A stretch of DNA of 64,000 nt from Clostridia bacterium (GCA_009619095.1 WJOT01000078.1:6232-70231), one strand, 5' to 3'. Positions 46,630 to 57,330 are shown, counted from the stretch's first letter. Numbers and translations: made by a program. The notes: a model not told the origin generated them from the sequence alone.

Positions 46630-47922
46630 TCCACTCTGACCGTTCTCTAAAATGTGTACAAATCTGTACACGGCTTAGTTCCTGCTTCATTGAGACCGGT
46701 TTCATCCCGACATGAGTCGGGACCAGCGCCTTTCTCTCCACAGGCTTGAAATCCGGTGGAACTCACCGTACTCTCGAGATTGATAGCGGCATTCAGCTCA
46801 CGATCTATCTCCAAACCACAATTGTTACATTTAAAAACCCGATCGCTTAATGTTATTGAATCATTGATAACATGGCAACGAGAACAACGTTTAGATGACG
46901 GAAACCAACGGTCAACAACTTCGATATGATTGTTTCGCATCTGCGACTTATATCCTAACTGCCGCCGAAACTCATAAAATCCCATATCGGCAATGCTACG
47001 GGCCAGCACATGGTTAGACATCATGCCTTTAACATTCAAATCTTCAATGGCAATAGCGGCAAAATTGTTGCTCAGATGCGACGTAAGCTTATGTAGTGTA
47101 TCCTGGCGAATGCAGCTAATACGGTAATGCAACCTTGCCACTTTTATCCGCGCCTTATTGCGGTTGTTTGAACCTTTCTGTTTACGAGATAATTGCTGCT
47201 GCAGGCATTTAAGCTTATTCAGATGCTTCTTTAGCGGCTTAGACCCCTCAAACTTCTGCCCAGTGGACAAGGTTGCTAACCTGCTTACCCCTAAATCAAC
47301 CCCAACCACTGCTTGGCTCTCACAGGGTTGGGGCCGTTGATTCAGTTCTACGTTAAGGCTGATAAACCATTTATCCGCAACATGACAAACAGTAGCTGAT
47401 ATCACCTTGCCTGAAAACCGCAGGGCCTCTCGCATCTTCACCCAGCCCAATTTCGGAATATGAACTCGTTTGTCTTCTATCTTGATGTGATCGCAACCTA
47501 TATAAAAACTGTCATGTATTCCTTTCTTCTTGAATTGAGGATAATTTGCCTTTTTGCCGAAAAAACGCTTAAATGCACTTTGCAAGAAAATAAAAGGCTG
47601 CTGGCTGGCATATTTGGTAACATTATACATCCAGGGAAATTCAACGGGCTTAATGGCGTTGAACTGCCTTTTTAACCCTAATCCTGTTGGCTTTTTGCCG
47701 GCCTCATATTGCCTTTTCCATTCACCCAAGGCCCAATTCCATGTGAAACGAGCTACGCCACATGCCTGCCTGAAATAATTCTCCTGCTTATAAGTCGGTT
47801 TAAGCCGGATTTTATGAGTAAGCGTAATTTTAACCATAACCTATTCCACTTTTTAACTGCTAGATTTTAATACATTATAGCACATATCATTAGATTCTAG
47901 AATATTGTTCTTTGCCCTTTTT
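46630..47922 (-). mobile_element. IS605/IS1341-family insertion carrying only tnpB. No tnpA is present.
   Basis: tnpB ORF with imperfect inverted/hairpin ends. Local GC content is visibly higher than the surrounding genome. Confidence 0.6.
46647..47837 (-). CDS. tnpB: IS605-family transposase accessory protein TnpB (RNA-guided RuvC-like nuclease)
   Basis: OrfB_IS605 architecture with RuvC-I VVGVDLGVSRLATLS and a RuvC-III Asp (EIDRELNAAINL). Zinc finger CSRCHVIN...CNNCGLEIDRELNAAINL. Confidence 0.85.
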   Translation of the reverse strand: MVKITLTHKIRLKPTYKQENYFRQACGVARFTWNWALGEWKRQYEAGKKPTGLGLKRQFNAIKPVEFPWMYNVTKYASQQPFIFLQSAFKRFFGKKANYPQFKKKGIHDSFYIGCDHIKIEDKRVHIPKLGWVKMREALRFSGKVISATVCHVADKWFISLNVELNQRPQPCESQAVVGVDLGVSRLATLSTGQKFEGSKPLKKHLNKLKCLQQQLSRKQKGSNNRNKARIKVARLHYRISCIRQDTLHKLTSHLSNNFAAIAIEDLNVKGMMSNHVLARSIADMGFYEFRRQLGYKSQMRNNHIEVVDRWFPSSKRCSRCHVINDSITLSDRVFKCNNCGLEIDRELNAAINLESTVSSTGFQACGEKGAGPDSCRDETGLNEAGTKPCTDLYTF

Positions 47923-49404
47923 TTATTTGCCTATACAGAATTTGGAGAAGATTCTACTTAAAATATCTTCAGTGGCAGTCTCTCCCACAATTTCTCCCAG
48001 CGCCTTCAGTGCCCGGCGTAAATCGAGGGCTATAAATTCTTCCGACTCTCCCCTCCCGCAAGCTTCTATTCCCTTTTTTAAGGATTCTTCAGCTTTTACC
48101 AGAGCATCTTGATGCCTAACGTTTGTAACCAGAACAGCATCAGAGATACTCACTTCTCCCTTAATAAATAGATGGTAGATTAGCTCTTGTAAATCTTTTA
48201 TTCTTATCTTTTTGGTTGCTGATACTTTAATTAAAGGCGGGTTTCTCAGAATAGAGGGATTGCTTAAACTGTCATGTGCGGGGTTAGCTGAATTAACCGA
48301 TAATGATTCTCTTTCGGGCTCAAGTCGATTAAGGCAAGATGCCCACAGTTCTCTTATTTCTTCCTCAGATACCACCTGGGGAAGGTCACATTTATTAGCC
48401 ACTAAGATTGTTTTCCTGCCCAGTAGGTTTTCTGCGATACGACAATCCTCTTCGCTCAAGGGTATCGATAAATCGATTACAAAAAGGACAAGGTCTGCAA
48501 GTGCAATAGACCTTTTCGTCCGTTCTATCCCTGCCATTTCAATTTCATCCCGGGCATGTCTGATTCCCGCGGTATCCATAATCTTCATGGGAATACCGAG
48601 AATATTAACCATATCTTCAACCACATCTCTGGTCGTTCCCGGAACAGGAGTTACAATCGCCTTATCCTCCTCAAGAAGCACGTTCAACAGGGAGGACTTC
48701 CCCACATTAGGCTTGCCCACTATGGTTGTCTGCAAACCTTCTCGTAAAATTCTTCCTGATTGCGCAGACTTCAGAAGTTCTTTTAACTCCCCGGAGAGTT
48801 TCTCCATCCTCTCCGCTAATTCTCCTCGGGAAAGATGGGGAATATCCTCTTCAGAATAGTCGAGGCAAGCTTCAATGTGGGCCAGAAGGTCTACTATACA
48901 GTCACGAATCCTGTTTACAGTTATAGATAAGTGTCCTTCCATCTGGTGGAGTGCACAATTCAGGGCGGCGTCAGTTCGAGACCTGATTATATCACAGACT
49001 GCCTCGGCCTGGATAAGGTCTATTCTGCCATTTAGGAAAGCTCTCAGGGTGAACTCCCCCGGCTCTGCTAACCGGGCACCTTCCATTAAACATAATTCCA
49101 GAACCTTGCGTAAAGGAACTATCCCCCCATGGCAAGAAATCTCTGCCACATCTTCACGGGTATAAGTATAAGGCGCCCGCATCACGCTGAGGAGAACTTC
49201 GTCTACCAATTTTTCTCTATCGTAGATGTGTCCATAATGAATGGTAAATGTGTCTACCCCGGCTAAATTCTTCTTCCTTTTGGGAATGAACAGTCTCAGC
49301 ACAATGGGGATAGCCTGGCTTCCACTTAAGCGGACAATGCCAAATCCGCCCTCCCCCATTGGCGTGGAGATGGCAGCAATTGTATCCTCTGTATCAATGT
49401 TCAA
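47923..49404 (-). CDS. mnmE: tRNA modification GTPase MnmE
   Basis: G-domain GKPNVGKSSLLN. C-terminal CIGK motif. Confidence 0.9.
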   Translation of the reverse strand: MNIDTEDTIAAISTPMGEGGFGIVRLSGSQAIPIVLRLFIPKRKKNLAGVDTFTIHYGHIYDREKLVDEVLLSVMRAPYTYTREDVAEISCHGGIVPLRKVLELCLMEGARLAEPGEFTLRAFLNGRIDLIQAEAVCDIIRSRTDAALNCALHQMEGHLSITVNRIRDCIVDLLAHIEACLDYSEEDIPHLSRGELAERMEKLSGELKELLKSAQSGRILREGLQTTIVGKPNVGKSSLLNVLLEEDKAIVTPVPGTTRDVVEDMVNILGIPMKIMDTAGIRHARDEIEMAGIERTKRSIALADLVLFVIDLSIPLSEEDCRIAENLLGRKTILVANKCDLPQVVSEEEIRELWASCLNRLEPERESLSVNSANPAHDSLSNPSILRNPPLIKVSATKKIRIKDLQELIYHLFIKGEVSISDAVLVTNVRHQDALVKAEESLKKGIEACGRGESEEFIALDLRRALKALGEIVGETATEDILSRIFSKFCIGK

Positions 49405-49418
49405 ATCGAACCTCTCTC

Positions 49419-50111
49419 CTATTTCTTCTTTGGAGAGACCACCACTCTCCTGAAATTGCCTTCTCCCTGTGAGGTAGTCTCCACATCCCTATCATCCTTC
49501 AATGCAAGATGGATTACTCTGCGCTCAGCGGGATTCATTGGTTCTAACTCACGAGACCTGCCCTTACTCTTCACTTCATCAGCCACCTCCCCGGCCATCT
49601 TCACTAATGCATTCTCCCGTCGCTGACGATAATTTTCAGTATCTACAATTACCTTTGTTCTCGTCTTTTCGTCTCTATTCACAATTAGATTCACAATTAG
49701 CTGGAGGGCATTTAGAGTCTGACCTTTCTTCCCGATTAGAATTGCCCCGTTTTCACTTTTGATGTCTGCCACTACCTTCTCCCCTTCCAAGGAGGTGGTT
49801 ACTTCTGCTTCCATTCCCATTAATTTTAGGATTTCATTCAGTTCTTCCTTTACTTTTTTCTGAGCAGAAATAAGATTGGCGCCAGAAAGTTTCTCCCGAG
49901 CCACTTCTCCTCTTTCCCCTGTTTCTAAACCTTTTACAGGTTTAACTATCAGCTTGATTTTAGCCGGGCTTGCCCCCATGAGACCAAATAATCCTGCCTT
50001 GCCTTCATCGAGAATCTTTACTTCCACATCGTCCCGGGAAAGGCCGAGCTCTTTTAATCCTTTCTCAATTGCTTCCTCGACATTCTTGCCACTAAATTCT
50101 TTCTCTTCCAT
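49419..50111 (-). CDS. khpB: Jag/KhpB RNA-binding protein (KH + R3H)
   Basis: Located between mnmE and yidC. R3H RRVIHLALKDDRDVETTSQGEG. Confidence 0.8.
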   Translation of the reverse strand: MEEKEFSGKNVEEAIEKGLKELGLSRDDVEVKILDEGKAGLFGLMGASPAKIKLIVKPVKGLETGERGEVAREKLSGANLISAQKKVKEELNEILKLMGMEAEVTTSLEGEKVVADIKSENGAILIGKKGQTLNALQLIVNLIVNRDEKTRTKVIVDTENYRQRRENALVKMAGEVADEVKSKGRSRELEPMNPAERRVIHLALKDDRDVETTSQGEGNFRRVVVSPKKK

Positions 50112-50130
50112 TGGAAAATCTCCTATAAAT

Positions 50131-51687
50131 TCAGGCTTTAACTTTCGACTTCCTCTTCATAATTAATTGCATCGTTAAGGTGAGAATATTATTCGTTAAC
50201 CAGTAAAGAACTAGGCCTGAAGGGAACTTCATGAAGATAAACGTAAAGAAAACAGGCATAAACATCATCATTTTAGACTGCGCAGGGTCACCGGTGGCAG
50301 TCAACTTCTGCTGCAAAAACATTGTAGCTCCCATCAAAATTGGTAAAACATAGATCGGGTCTTTCATGGATAGGTCTCCTATCCAGAATATAAAAGGCGA
50401 ATGGCGCAGCTCAACTGCGTTTCTAAGCATGGTGAACAGTGCCCAGAATATAGGAATCTGTAAAATCATCGGTAGACAACCACCAAAAGGGTTCATTTTC
50501 CGGGAACGATAAAGATTCATCGTTTCCACATTAAGTCTTTTGGGATCATTCTTATACTTCAACTTCAATTCCTTTAGCTTCGGCTGAAGGATCTTCATTG
50601 CCTCCATCGATTTGAAACTTTTCCTGGTCAAAGGAAAGGTGAACACCTGCAATATACAGGTTAAAATGATTATAGAAAAGCCATAGTTATAAGTCAGCTT
50701 ATAAAAAAAGTTTAAAACAGATAGAAAGATTATGCTTAAGAATCCGAAAAGTCCAAAGTCGAGAGTGCGCTCCAGACCAATATTAAAATTTTTCAAGTAT
50801 CTATAGTCCTTGGGTCCCACCAATAGATCAACTTTGTAACTCTTAATCTGGTTGGGCGCTAAAATAGAAGAGGGGGCAATCAGACCAACAGCAGGAGTAC
50901 GCTTATCGAAGATTTCCACTTTACCCGTAGAGAAATCTTCTTTCTTGTTAATAAATGCAGCAAGGAAGTACCGGTTGGTTACACCTATCCAGTCTATCTT
51001 ACCCGTATAAGTGCTGGGTTTCAATTTTTTGGTAACCACCCCCTCAATCCTTCCCTGTGCTTTCATCATCTTCATATTCTCTTTAAGTAAAGCCTCGTCT
51101 ATGGACAACCCTGCCTGCCATAACAGGGTCAGATTTCCTATCTGTTGAGGGATTTTGGACTGGTTATGAATTCTCACTTCCAGACTTTGCAGATAGCCTC
51201 CATAGGAGAACCGGTATATCTTGGAGAGAAGTAGTCCCTTACCCAATCGATAATTGAAAAGAACTTCTCCTTCTTCGCCCTCTGCCAATACAAGTTCTTT
51301 CTCCCCGGTTTGGAAATGGGCCCGGGAAAGTCCAGGGAAGCCCTCTATCTCCAAATCAAGAGGTAATATCCCCTGGCTACGAAAGCTCTCCAGAACGAGG
51401 TCGATCTTACCTTCTTTCTCCTTAATAGACCATTCCAGCACTCTTGCTCCCTGGGTGGCGAGGACAATTCTGGAAGTGTCGGTGACTACTACTACTCGTT
51501 TAGCCTCTTTGTCAAGTTGCAAAGCTCGAGGAGAAACTCTTGCTTCCCTCTCAATCTCTTCCACTCTCTCCTCTCTTTCTGGGACAGGAGCAACTTTTTT
51601 CTCCACGGGAGGAGGGCGCAAAAATCTTGACCAGACCAGAAGAATTATCATGGAAATGACCACAGCAAGTATCGTTTTTTTCTCCAT
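50131..51687 (-). CDS. yidC: Membrane protein insertase YidC
   Basis: 518 aa with a periplasmic domain and a 5-TM C-terminal 60-kDa-IMP core. Confidence 0.9.
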   Translation of the reverse strand: MEKKTILAVVISMIILLVWSRFLRPPPVEKKVAPVPEREERVEEIEREARVSPRALQLDKEAKRVVVVTDTSRIVLATQGARVLEWSIKEKEGKIDLVLESFRSQGILPLDLEIEGFPGLSRAHFQTGEKELVLAEGEEGEVLFNYRLGKGLLLSKIYRFSYGGYLQSLEVRIHNQSKIPQQIGNLTLLWQAGLSIDEALLKENMKMMKAQGRIEGVVTKKLKPSTYTGKIDWIGVTNRYFLAAFINKKEDFSTGKVEIFDKRTPAVGLIAPSSILAPNQIKSYKVDLLVGPKDYRYLKNFNIGLERTLDFGLFGFLSIIFLSVLNFFYKLTYNYGFSIIILTCILQVFTFPLTRKSFKSMEAMKILQPKLKELKLKYKNDPKRLNVETMNLYRSRKMNPFGGCLPMILQIPIFWALFTMLRNAVELRHSPFIFWIGDLSMKDPIYVLPILMGATMFLQQKLTATGDPAQSKMMMFMPVFFTFIFMKFPSGLVLYWLTNNILTLTMQLIMKRKSKVKA

Positions 51688-51716
51688 TGAATTTCCTTTC
51701 TAATTTAGAATAAAAT

Positions 51717-51935
51717 TTATTTTACAGGGTCGTAACCTCCGGGGTGGAAAGGATGACATTTCAAAAGTCTTCTTATTCCTAAGAATGACCCCTTCGCTAT
51801 TCCGTATTTCTTAAGGGCTTGAATTGTGTACTCCGAACAGGTAGGATAGAAACGGCAAGCCCTGGGGAGAAGAAATGAAATCTTCTGATAAAATTTAATT
51901 ACCATTACAGTTATATTTACTACCATTTCCCTCAA
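51717..51935 (-). CDS. yidD: Membrane protein insertion efficiency factor YidD
   Basis: [31 protein letters not shown]...[14 protein letters not shown]. Confidence 0.8.
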   Translation of the reverse strand: MREMVVNITVMVIKFYQKISFLLPRACRFYPTCSEYTIQALKKYGIAKGSFLGIRRLLKCHPFHPGGYDPVK

Positions 51936-52348
51936 TTCCTCACTATCCTCGCCTTTCCCCAGAGATGCAAAATTCTCTTTTCCATCTCAAAGTAATCGAC
52001 TAATTCCTTAGCAGAAGAACGGGCGATCAAGATTATTTCCATCCTGTCTTTTAAGCGGGACTGGTGGAGGCGAAACACTTCCCGCATCCAGCGTTTAATG
52101 CGATTGCGAATTACCGCCTTACCAATCCGCCTGCTTACAGAAAGTCCCATCCTGGGTAATCGACTCTCTCCCTCTTGAGTTACTTCTTTCGACGACGAAG
52201 TAAGCGGATTTATCTGGGAAGACTTCTCCAGGACATACACAACTAAATACTTATCCGCATAGGATTTCCCTTTTTCCATAATTTTTTTAAATTCGGCCTC
52301 ACGTTTTATCCTCTGCTGTTTTTCCAGGGCAAATTTTTTCATAACCAA
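51932..52348 (-). CDS. rnpA: Ribonuclease P protein component
   Basis: Basic protein of about 120-138 aa between rpmH and yidD. Overlaps yidD by 4 nt. Confidence 0.8.
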   Translation of the reverse strand: MVMKKFALEKQQRIKREAEFKKIMEKGKSYADKYLVVYVLEKSSQINPLTSSSKEVTQEGESRLPRMGLSVSRRIGKAVIRNRIKRWMREVFRLHQSRLKDRMEIILIARSSAKELVDYFEMEKRILHLWGKARIVRN

Positions 52349-52359
52349 AGATTCTTCTT

Positions 52360-52494
52360 CTAAGAAGACAACCTTCTTCTCTTCTTTTTTCTCCTTGCCC
52401 GCAAAATTCTCCGGCCACTCTTTGTGGCCATTCTCTTTTTGAAGCCGTGAGTTCTCTTTCTTCTTCTAACTTTTGGTTGGTAAGTCCTTTTCAT
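52360..52494 (-). CDS. rpmH: 50S ribosomal protein L34 (not in the supplied ORF track)
   Basis: Translates to [44 protein letters not shown]. Confidence 0.85.
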   Translation of the reverse strand: MKRTYQPKVRRRKRTHGFKKRMATKSGRRILRARRKKKRRRLSS

Positions 52495-52890
52495 CTGTTC
52501 TCACACCAATCTAAGATTTTTTTAAATTGTATCTTTTATTTATTCTCTTGTCAAGGATTGGTTCGAGGTCAAACTTTTCCCCTAAAAAAAATGTTGACAG
52601 GGTTTGAGAAGAATAATATAATATCTCCGGAAATTTTTTTCTACATTAGGCAAAGGCTATCAAAGTTCTATCCCTTTACCCCATTACTACCTGAGGTTTA
52701 TCCCCTGAGGTTTATCCCCAAACCCCTGGATTGACGACAGGCAGTTTGAGTTCTCTTACCAAAAGAAATTTGATAAATTCTGAATTATAGATATCTCAAA
52801 CCAAAAATCGGATTACTCTTTTCTAAGTTATGCACACCTGTGAACAACCTGTTAGTAACTTTCCGCAAATCGGTGGAGAAGGGGGCAAAA
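52495..52890. promoter_or_regulatory. rpmH-dnaA intergenic region: candidate oriC half with DnaA-box-like sites and a perfect sigma70 promoter directed at dnaA
   Basis: TTGACA(52594-52599)-17 nt-TATAAT(52617-52622). Tandem CCTGAGGTTTATCCCC x2 (52689-52720). TTATGCACA at 52828-52836. Confidence 0.5.
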
Positions 52891-54252
52891 ATGGTGCTGT
52901 CCGCAGAGCAATTATGGAACGAAATTCTAAATAAACTCAAGGAAGAAATGCCCAAAGATAGTTACGAACTCTGGTTCAAACCCACAAGAGCCGTATCTTT
53001 TGAAGACAATCTCCTAAACGTTCAGGTGCCCAATAGGTTCTTTTCCAAATATTTACAAGAGAAGCACAAGGGAAAAATCGAAGAATTGTTAAGAGTAACT
53101 ACTGCCTCAGAAGCGCAAATAATTTTCACCATTGACCCCCAATCCCACATCCAGGAAAAGGAAAGAAAAGATGAAGAAATTGAACCTACATCGATTGCCG
53201 CAGACGAGACTACCTTCACCACAATGGAATTCAATCCCAAGTACACCTTTGAGAATTTTGTGGTTGGTCCTTCTAATCGTTTCGCTCACGCAACTGCTGA
53301 GGCGGTAGCCAATGACCCTGGAAAAGCCTACAATCCTCTATTCATATATGGAGGAGTGGGCTTGGGGAAAACACATTTATTACAGGCTATTGGACACTAT
53401 AATAAAAAACAGAACCCCAGGCTCGCTGTTCTCTATATCACATCGGAAAGATTCACCAATGAACTTATTGAATCGATCCGAAACGACAGGATGGTAGAAT
53501 TCCGCAACAAATATCGCCATCTGGATGTTCTTATGATTGACGACATCCAATTTCTGGTCGGGAAAGAAAGCACGCAAGAAGAATTTTTCCATCTTTTCAA
53601 TACCCTTTATGAAGCTCACAAACAGATTGTTATTTCCTCTGATTCCACCCCCAAGGAGATACCTACTATCGAAGAAAGGCTCCGCTCCCGATTCCAATGG
53701 GGAGTAATTGCCGATATCCAGCCGCCTGATATAGAGACCAGAATTGCCATCTTGAGAAAGAAAGCAGAGGCAGAAAACATCTTCATTCCAGACGATGTAG
53801 TTCTGTTTCTTGCCAGCCAAATAAAGTCCAACATCAGAGAGTTGGAAGGGTGTTTAATCAGAATTGTGGCATTTTCTTCATTGACCGGAAGTGAAGTTAC
53901 TGTGGACCGGTCTAAAGAAATTCTAAAGGATATAATTACCAAAGAAGAGCTTGCTGTTCCCATAACCATAGAACTGATTCAAAACGCAGTGAGTAAACAT
54001 TTCCATCTGGATGTTAAAGAGATGAAAAGTAAAAAGAGAACAGATGCCGTTGCTTTTCCCAGGCAGGTGGCAATGTATCTGGCCAGAACCTTAACCGAAT
54101 ATTCTACGACAGAGATTGGGGCGGACTTTGGTGGCAGAGATCATACAACAGTAATGTATGCTTGTGAAAAGATTAAGATGAAACTTGCCGGCGACCCTTT
54201 CTTCGCCGCTCTCATAAATAAGATAACGCAGGAAATAAAGACAGGAGTATAA
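52891..54252 (+). CDS. dnaA: Chromosomal replication initiator DnaA (start re-set to MVLSAEQLW with GGAGAAGGGGG RBS)
   Basis: AAA+ motif GGVGLGKTHLL, sensor motifs and a C-terminal DnaA-box-binding domain. Confidence 0.9.
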   Translation: MVLSAEQLWNEILNKLKEEMPKDSYELWFKPTRAVSFEDNLLNVQVPNRFFSKYLQEKHKGKIEELLRVTTASEAQIIFTIDPQSHIQEKERKDEEIEPTSIAADETTFTTMEFNPKYTFENFVVGPSNRFAHATAEAVANDPGKAYNPLFIYGGVGLGKTHLLQAIGHYNKKQNPRLAVLYITSERFTNELIESIRNDRMVEFRNKYRHLDVLMIDDIQFLVGKESTQEEFFHLFNTLYEAHKQIVISSDSTPKEIPTIEERLRSRFQWGVIADIQPPDIETRIAILRKKAEAENIFIPDDVVLFLASQIKSNIRELEGCLIRIVAFSSLTGSEVTVDRSKEILKDIITKEELAVPITIELIQNAVSKHFHLDVKEMKSKKRTDAVAFPRQVAMYLARTLTEYSTTEIGADFGGRDHTTVMYACEKIKMKLAGDPFFAALINKITQEIKTGV

Positions 54253-54656
54253 AAGAGAAGCTCGGGATTTGGTTTGCTCGCTGACAATTTTTTGTAAGCA
54301 TCCCGATAATAATCGGGAATAAAAGGAGGCAAAGCTTGCGCTTTGGCGTGCTACAAGAAATGCTCGCTACACCAAATCTCCTCGCATGGTGAATATATAA
54401 AATGTTGGGGATAATGTGTTAATGGATTGTGAATAAGGCGAAGACACAGTGAATAAATTTTCAAAAATTGATTTCTCTTGTGCATTATCTTAATATTTTA
54501 TAATCTTTATTCACATCATATTCTTCTTTAAGTATTTTTCCAAAAAATAAGTTAAATCTAAATTTTTCTCGTTTTTTTAACTTTATTAACATATTAACAT
54601 CCTCTACTAATACAGACTACTAATTTTAATATTAAAAAAGAAGAAGGAGGAAGAAA
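54253..54656. promoter_or_regulatory. dnaA-dnaN intergenic region: candidate oriC with at least four near-consensus DnaA boxes and a very AT-rich unwinding region
   Basis: TGGGGATAA 54406-54414, TGTGAATAA 54428-54436, AGTGAATAA 54448-54456, TTATTCACA 54517-54525. 54480-54650 is more than 80% AT. Confidence 0.55.
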
Positions 54657-55781
54657 ATGCAGATTAGTTGCAAACGAGAAGAATTGCTTAGAGGAATTCA
54701 AACAGTGCAAGCTGTGGTAGGAACTAAGAGTACTCTCCCTGTACTAGCAAATGTTCTATTGGAAGCTAAGGGAGAAAAAATGGATATGACAGCCACAGAC
54801 TTAGAAGTAGGAGTAAGATGTTCGGTAAAAGTAGAAGTTTCCGAACCGGGGGCGATAACTCTGCCAGCAAGGACTCTCTCGGAGGTGGTGCGAGAATTAC
54901 CCTCTGAGGAGATTAACATTAAAGTTGACGAAAAGAGCCGGGTACAAATTAATAGTGGGCAAGCAATTTTTAATCTGATGGGATTGCCTAAAGAAGATTA
55001 TCCCGCGCTACCAAAATTCAAAACTGACGGGGAATTCTCTATTGACCGGGAATCGTTAAGTGAAATGATTAAGAAAACCATCTTTTCTGTTTCCCAAGAT
55101 GAGACTCGCTATGTTCTCTGTGGGATATATTTTCGCGTGGAGAAAGGGAAGGTTAGAATGGTTTCCACTGATGGCCGACGATTGTCTTATATTTCCAAAG
55201 ACATAGGAATTGATAAGAAAAAGGAAGTAAAAGTAATCATTCCCACAAAGGCGGTCAATGAGCTTAATAGAATCCTAACACAAATTTCCACAAGAGAAGA
55301 AACCGAAAAAGAAGGCAAAGTAAGAATAAATATTGAGGAGAATCAAGTAGGTTTTATGATAGGTGATACTATTTTGATTTCCAGATTAATCGAGGGTCAT
55401 TTCCCCAATTACGAACAGGTCATTCCCAAAAGTAGTGAGATCAAGCTTAAAATAAAGACTGAAGCACTGTTACAAGCAACCAGGAGAGTTGCCCTGTTGA
55501 CTACCGAAAAGGCTAACTCGATCAGGTATTCGCTGAAGAAGAATGAACTAGTTATTAGTGCCAATACAGAAGGGCTCGGTGAGGCTCGAGACGTGGTGGG
55601 AATCGATTATGCTGGCAAGGAGATGGAAATTGCATATAATCCCCAATTTCTGATAAGTGTCTTGAGAAATATTGGCTGCGAGGAAGTCTGTTTAGAACTG
55701 ACCAATTCCCTCAATCCATGTTTAATAAGACCAACAACTGGGGAAGATTATATTTCTATAGTCATGCCTATGAGAATATGA
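54657..55781 (+). CDS. dnaN: DNA polymerase III beta sliding clamp
   Basis: 374 aa with three-domain beta-clamp architecture. RBS AAGGAGG. Confidence 0.9.
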   Translation: MQISCKREELLRGIQTVQAVVGTKSTLPVLANVLLEAKGEKMDMTATDLEVGVRCSVKVEVSEPGAITLPARTLSEVVRELPSEEINIKVDEKSRVQINSGQAIFNLMGLPKEDYPALPKFKTDGEFSIDRESLSEMIKKTIFSVSQDETRYVLCGIYFRVEKGKVRMVSTDGRRLSYISKDIGIDKKKEVKVIIPTKAVNELNRILTQISTREETEKEGKVRINIEENQVGFMIGDTILISRLIEGHFPNYEQVIPKSSEIKLKIKTEALLQATRRVALLTTEKANSIRYSLKKNELVISANTEGLGEARDVVGIDYAGKEMEIAYNPQFLISVLRNIGCEEVCLELTNSLNPCLIRPTTGEDYISIVMPMRI

Positions 55782-55839
55782 TATAATATTTAAAGTAAAG
55801 TTGATTCTCAAAAAACACTGAACTGGGCGTTCTGCAGGA

Positions 55840-55955
55840 TATCAAAGTCTGGAGTCCTCCCGAAAGGGAGGGGTGGAGTGTCAAGCGAAAGCTTGACTCA
55901 GTCCCGACAAGTCGGGACACTCCAGAATTTAATTCCCCCCGATTCCATCGGGAGA
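55840..55955 (+). ncRNA. Intergenic multi-hairpin element (CCTCCC-GAAA-GGGAGG, GTCAAGC-GAAA-GCTTGAC, GTCCCGAC-AA-GTCGGGAC, CCCGAT-TCC-ATCGGG)
   Basis: Four consecutive perfect stem-loops, two of them with GAAA tetraloops, between dnaN and the DUF721 gene where recF normally sits. Confidence 0.35.
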
Positions 55956-55986
55956 CTCCATATATAAAGAGGAGAGACCGGGTATA

Positions 55987-56295
55987 GTGACATACCTGAG
56001 GGAAATAAAAGGAATAGTTAAAGAAACTTTCCGAAAGTTTAATCTGGGCGAGGAGAGTCAGAAGTTGTTCACTATCTGGCAAGAAGAGGTGGGTGGACTG
56101 GCAAAGCATGCCCAGATTGGTAACTTTCGAGAAGGCAAATTGTTGGTAGAAGTAGATAACCCTGTGTATATGCAGGAATTGTCAGCAAAAAGGAAGTCTA
56201 TAATGGATAGAGTAAATAAAAGGATGGGCAAAAGATTTATTGTGGAGGTTCGTTTTAAGCTTGGTAGAATGGATAGGGGTAAAAGTGAAGATTAA
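55987..56295 (+). CDS. DUF721/DciA-like small protein (GTG start)
   Basis: 102 aa. The pattern [27 protein letters not shown] is typical of DUF721 proteins encoded near dnaN and gyrB. Confidence 0.5.
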   Translation: MTYLREIKGIVKETFRKFNLGEESQKLFTIWQEEVGGLAKHAQIGNFREGKLLVEVDNPVYMQELSAKRKSIMDRVNKRMGKRFIVEVRFKLGRMDRGKSED

Positions 56296-57313
56296 GACAA
56301 ATATCGTTCTTTTTTCCGGTCTATTTTTATGCGGAATTATAGGGGGATTAATCGCCGCGGGTTTTCTCTTAGAAAGGTGGGTTCTCCTGCCTTTAGGTAT
56401 AATAGGAATAGTTTTAGGAATACTTGGGGCACGGGTTATGGCCAGCCGCATATCGGGCAGGGTCGAAAAATTAACCACTGTAGCAAAATCGATTGCCACA
56501 GGCAAATTCGCTAGGGTGGTAGAGCCAAGAAATGACGAGTTAAGCCAATTAGGCGCAGAATTGAATTGGATTGCTGAAAAATTCGGAGAACTGGAGCATT
56601 TAAAGAGCGCCTTTATTTCCAGTATTTCCCATCAATTCAAATCTCCTCTCACAGCCATAGAAGGTTATATCGATTTTTTCATTGAGGGGATAGATACTGG
56701 AATTGGAAAGGCGAAACAGATTAAAGCATTAAACATAATGAAACACAATGCTTCCCGCTTGGGCAGGTTGATTAACGATGTCCTTGACCTGGCTAAGATA
56801 GAAGCTAGACAGCTTGAGGTTAAGAGGCAGCCCTTGAAGTTAGACGATATCCTTGAGGAAAGGGCAGGAGAGTTTCAACCTCTTGCCCGGGAAAAAGAGA
56901 TTGAAATCGAGGTGAAAGAAGAAGAAAAAATGGGACAGGTTTTAGGAGATAGAGAAAAGGTGAAAAAGGTCATAGATAACCTTTTAAGTAATGCACTGAA
57001 GTTCAACCACAGGAAAGGCAAGGTGGTTATAGAGGCAAAGGAGAGCAGTGGTCAGGCAGGAGAAAGCAGTGGTTTCGTTGAGGTGTCCATTAGCGACACT
57101 GGGTGCGGCATATCAAAAACGGAAATTTCAACGGTATTTGATAAATTTCGCAGGTTGGCTCCAGAAGATGAGACAACGATGGAGGAATTGAAGGGGCCTG
57201 GTTTAGGATTGGCAATCGCTAAAGGTATAGTGGAGGCACAGGGCGGAAAGATATGGGTGGAAAGTGAATTGGGGAAAGGTAGCAAGTTCATCTTCACTCT
57301 GCCCAAGGCATAA
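56285..57313 (+). CDS. Sensor histidine kinase (2 TM, HisKA, HATPase_c). GTG start overlaps the upstream gene by 11 nt.
   Basis: H-box [21 protein letters not shown] boxes [27 protein letters not shown]. Confidence 0.75.
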   Translation: MKIKTNIVLFSGLFLCGIIGGLIAAGFLLERWVLLPLGIIGIVLGILGARVMASRISGRVEKLTTVAKSIATGKFARVVEPRNDELSQLGAELNWIAEKFGELEHLKSAFISSISHQFKSPLTAIEGYIDFFIEGIDTGIGKAKQIKALNIMKHNASRLGRLINDVLDLAKIEARQLEVKRQPLKLDDILEERAGEFQPLAREKEIEIEVKEEEKMGQVLGDREKVKKVIDNLLSNALKFNHRKGKVVIEAKESSGQAGESSGFVEVSISDTGCGISKTEISTVFDKFRRLAPEDETTMEELKGPGLGLAIAKGIVEAQGGKIWVESELGKGSKFIFTLPKA

Positions 57314-57330
57314 GTAAATTGTTCGCTTGA

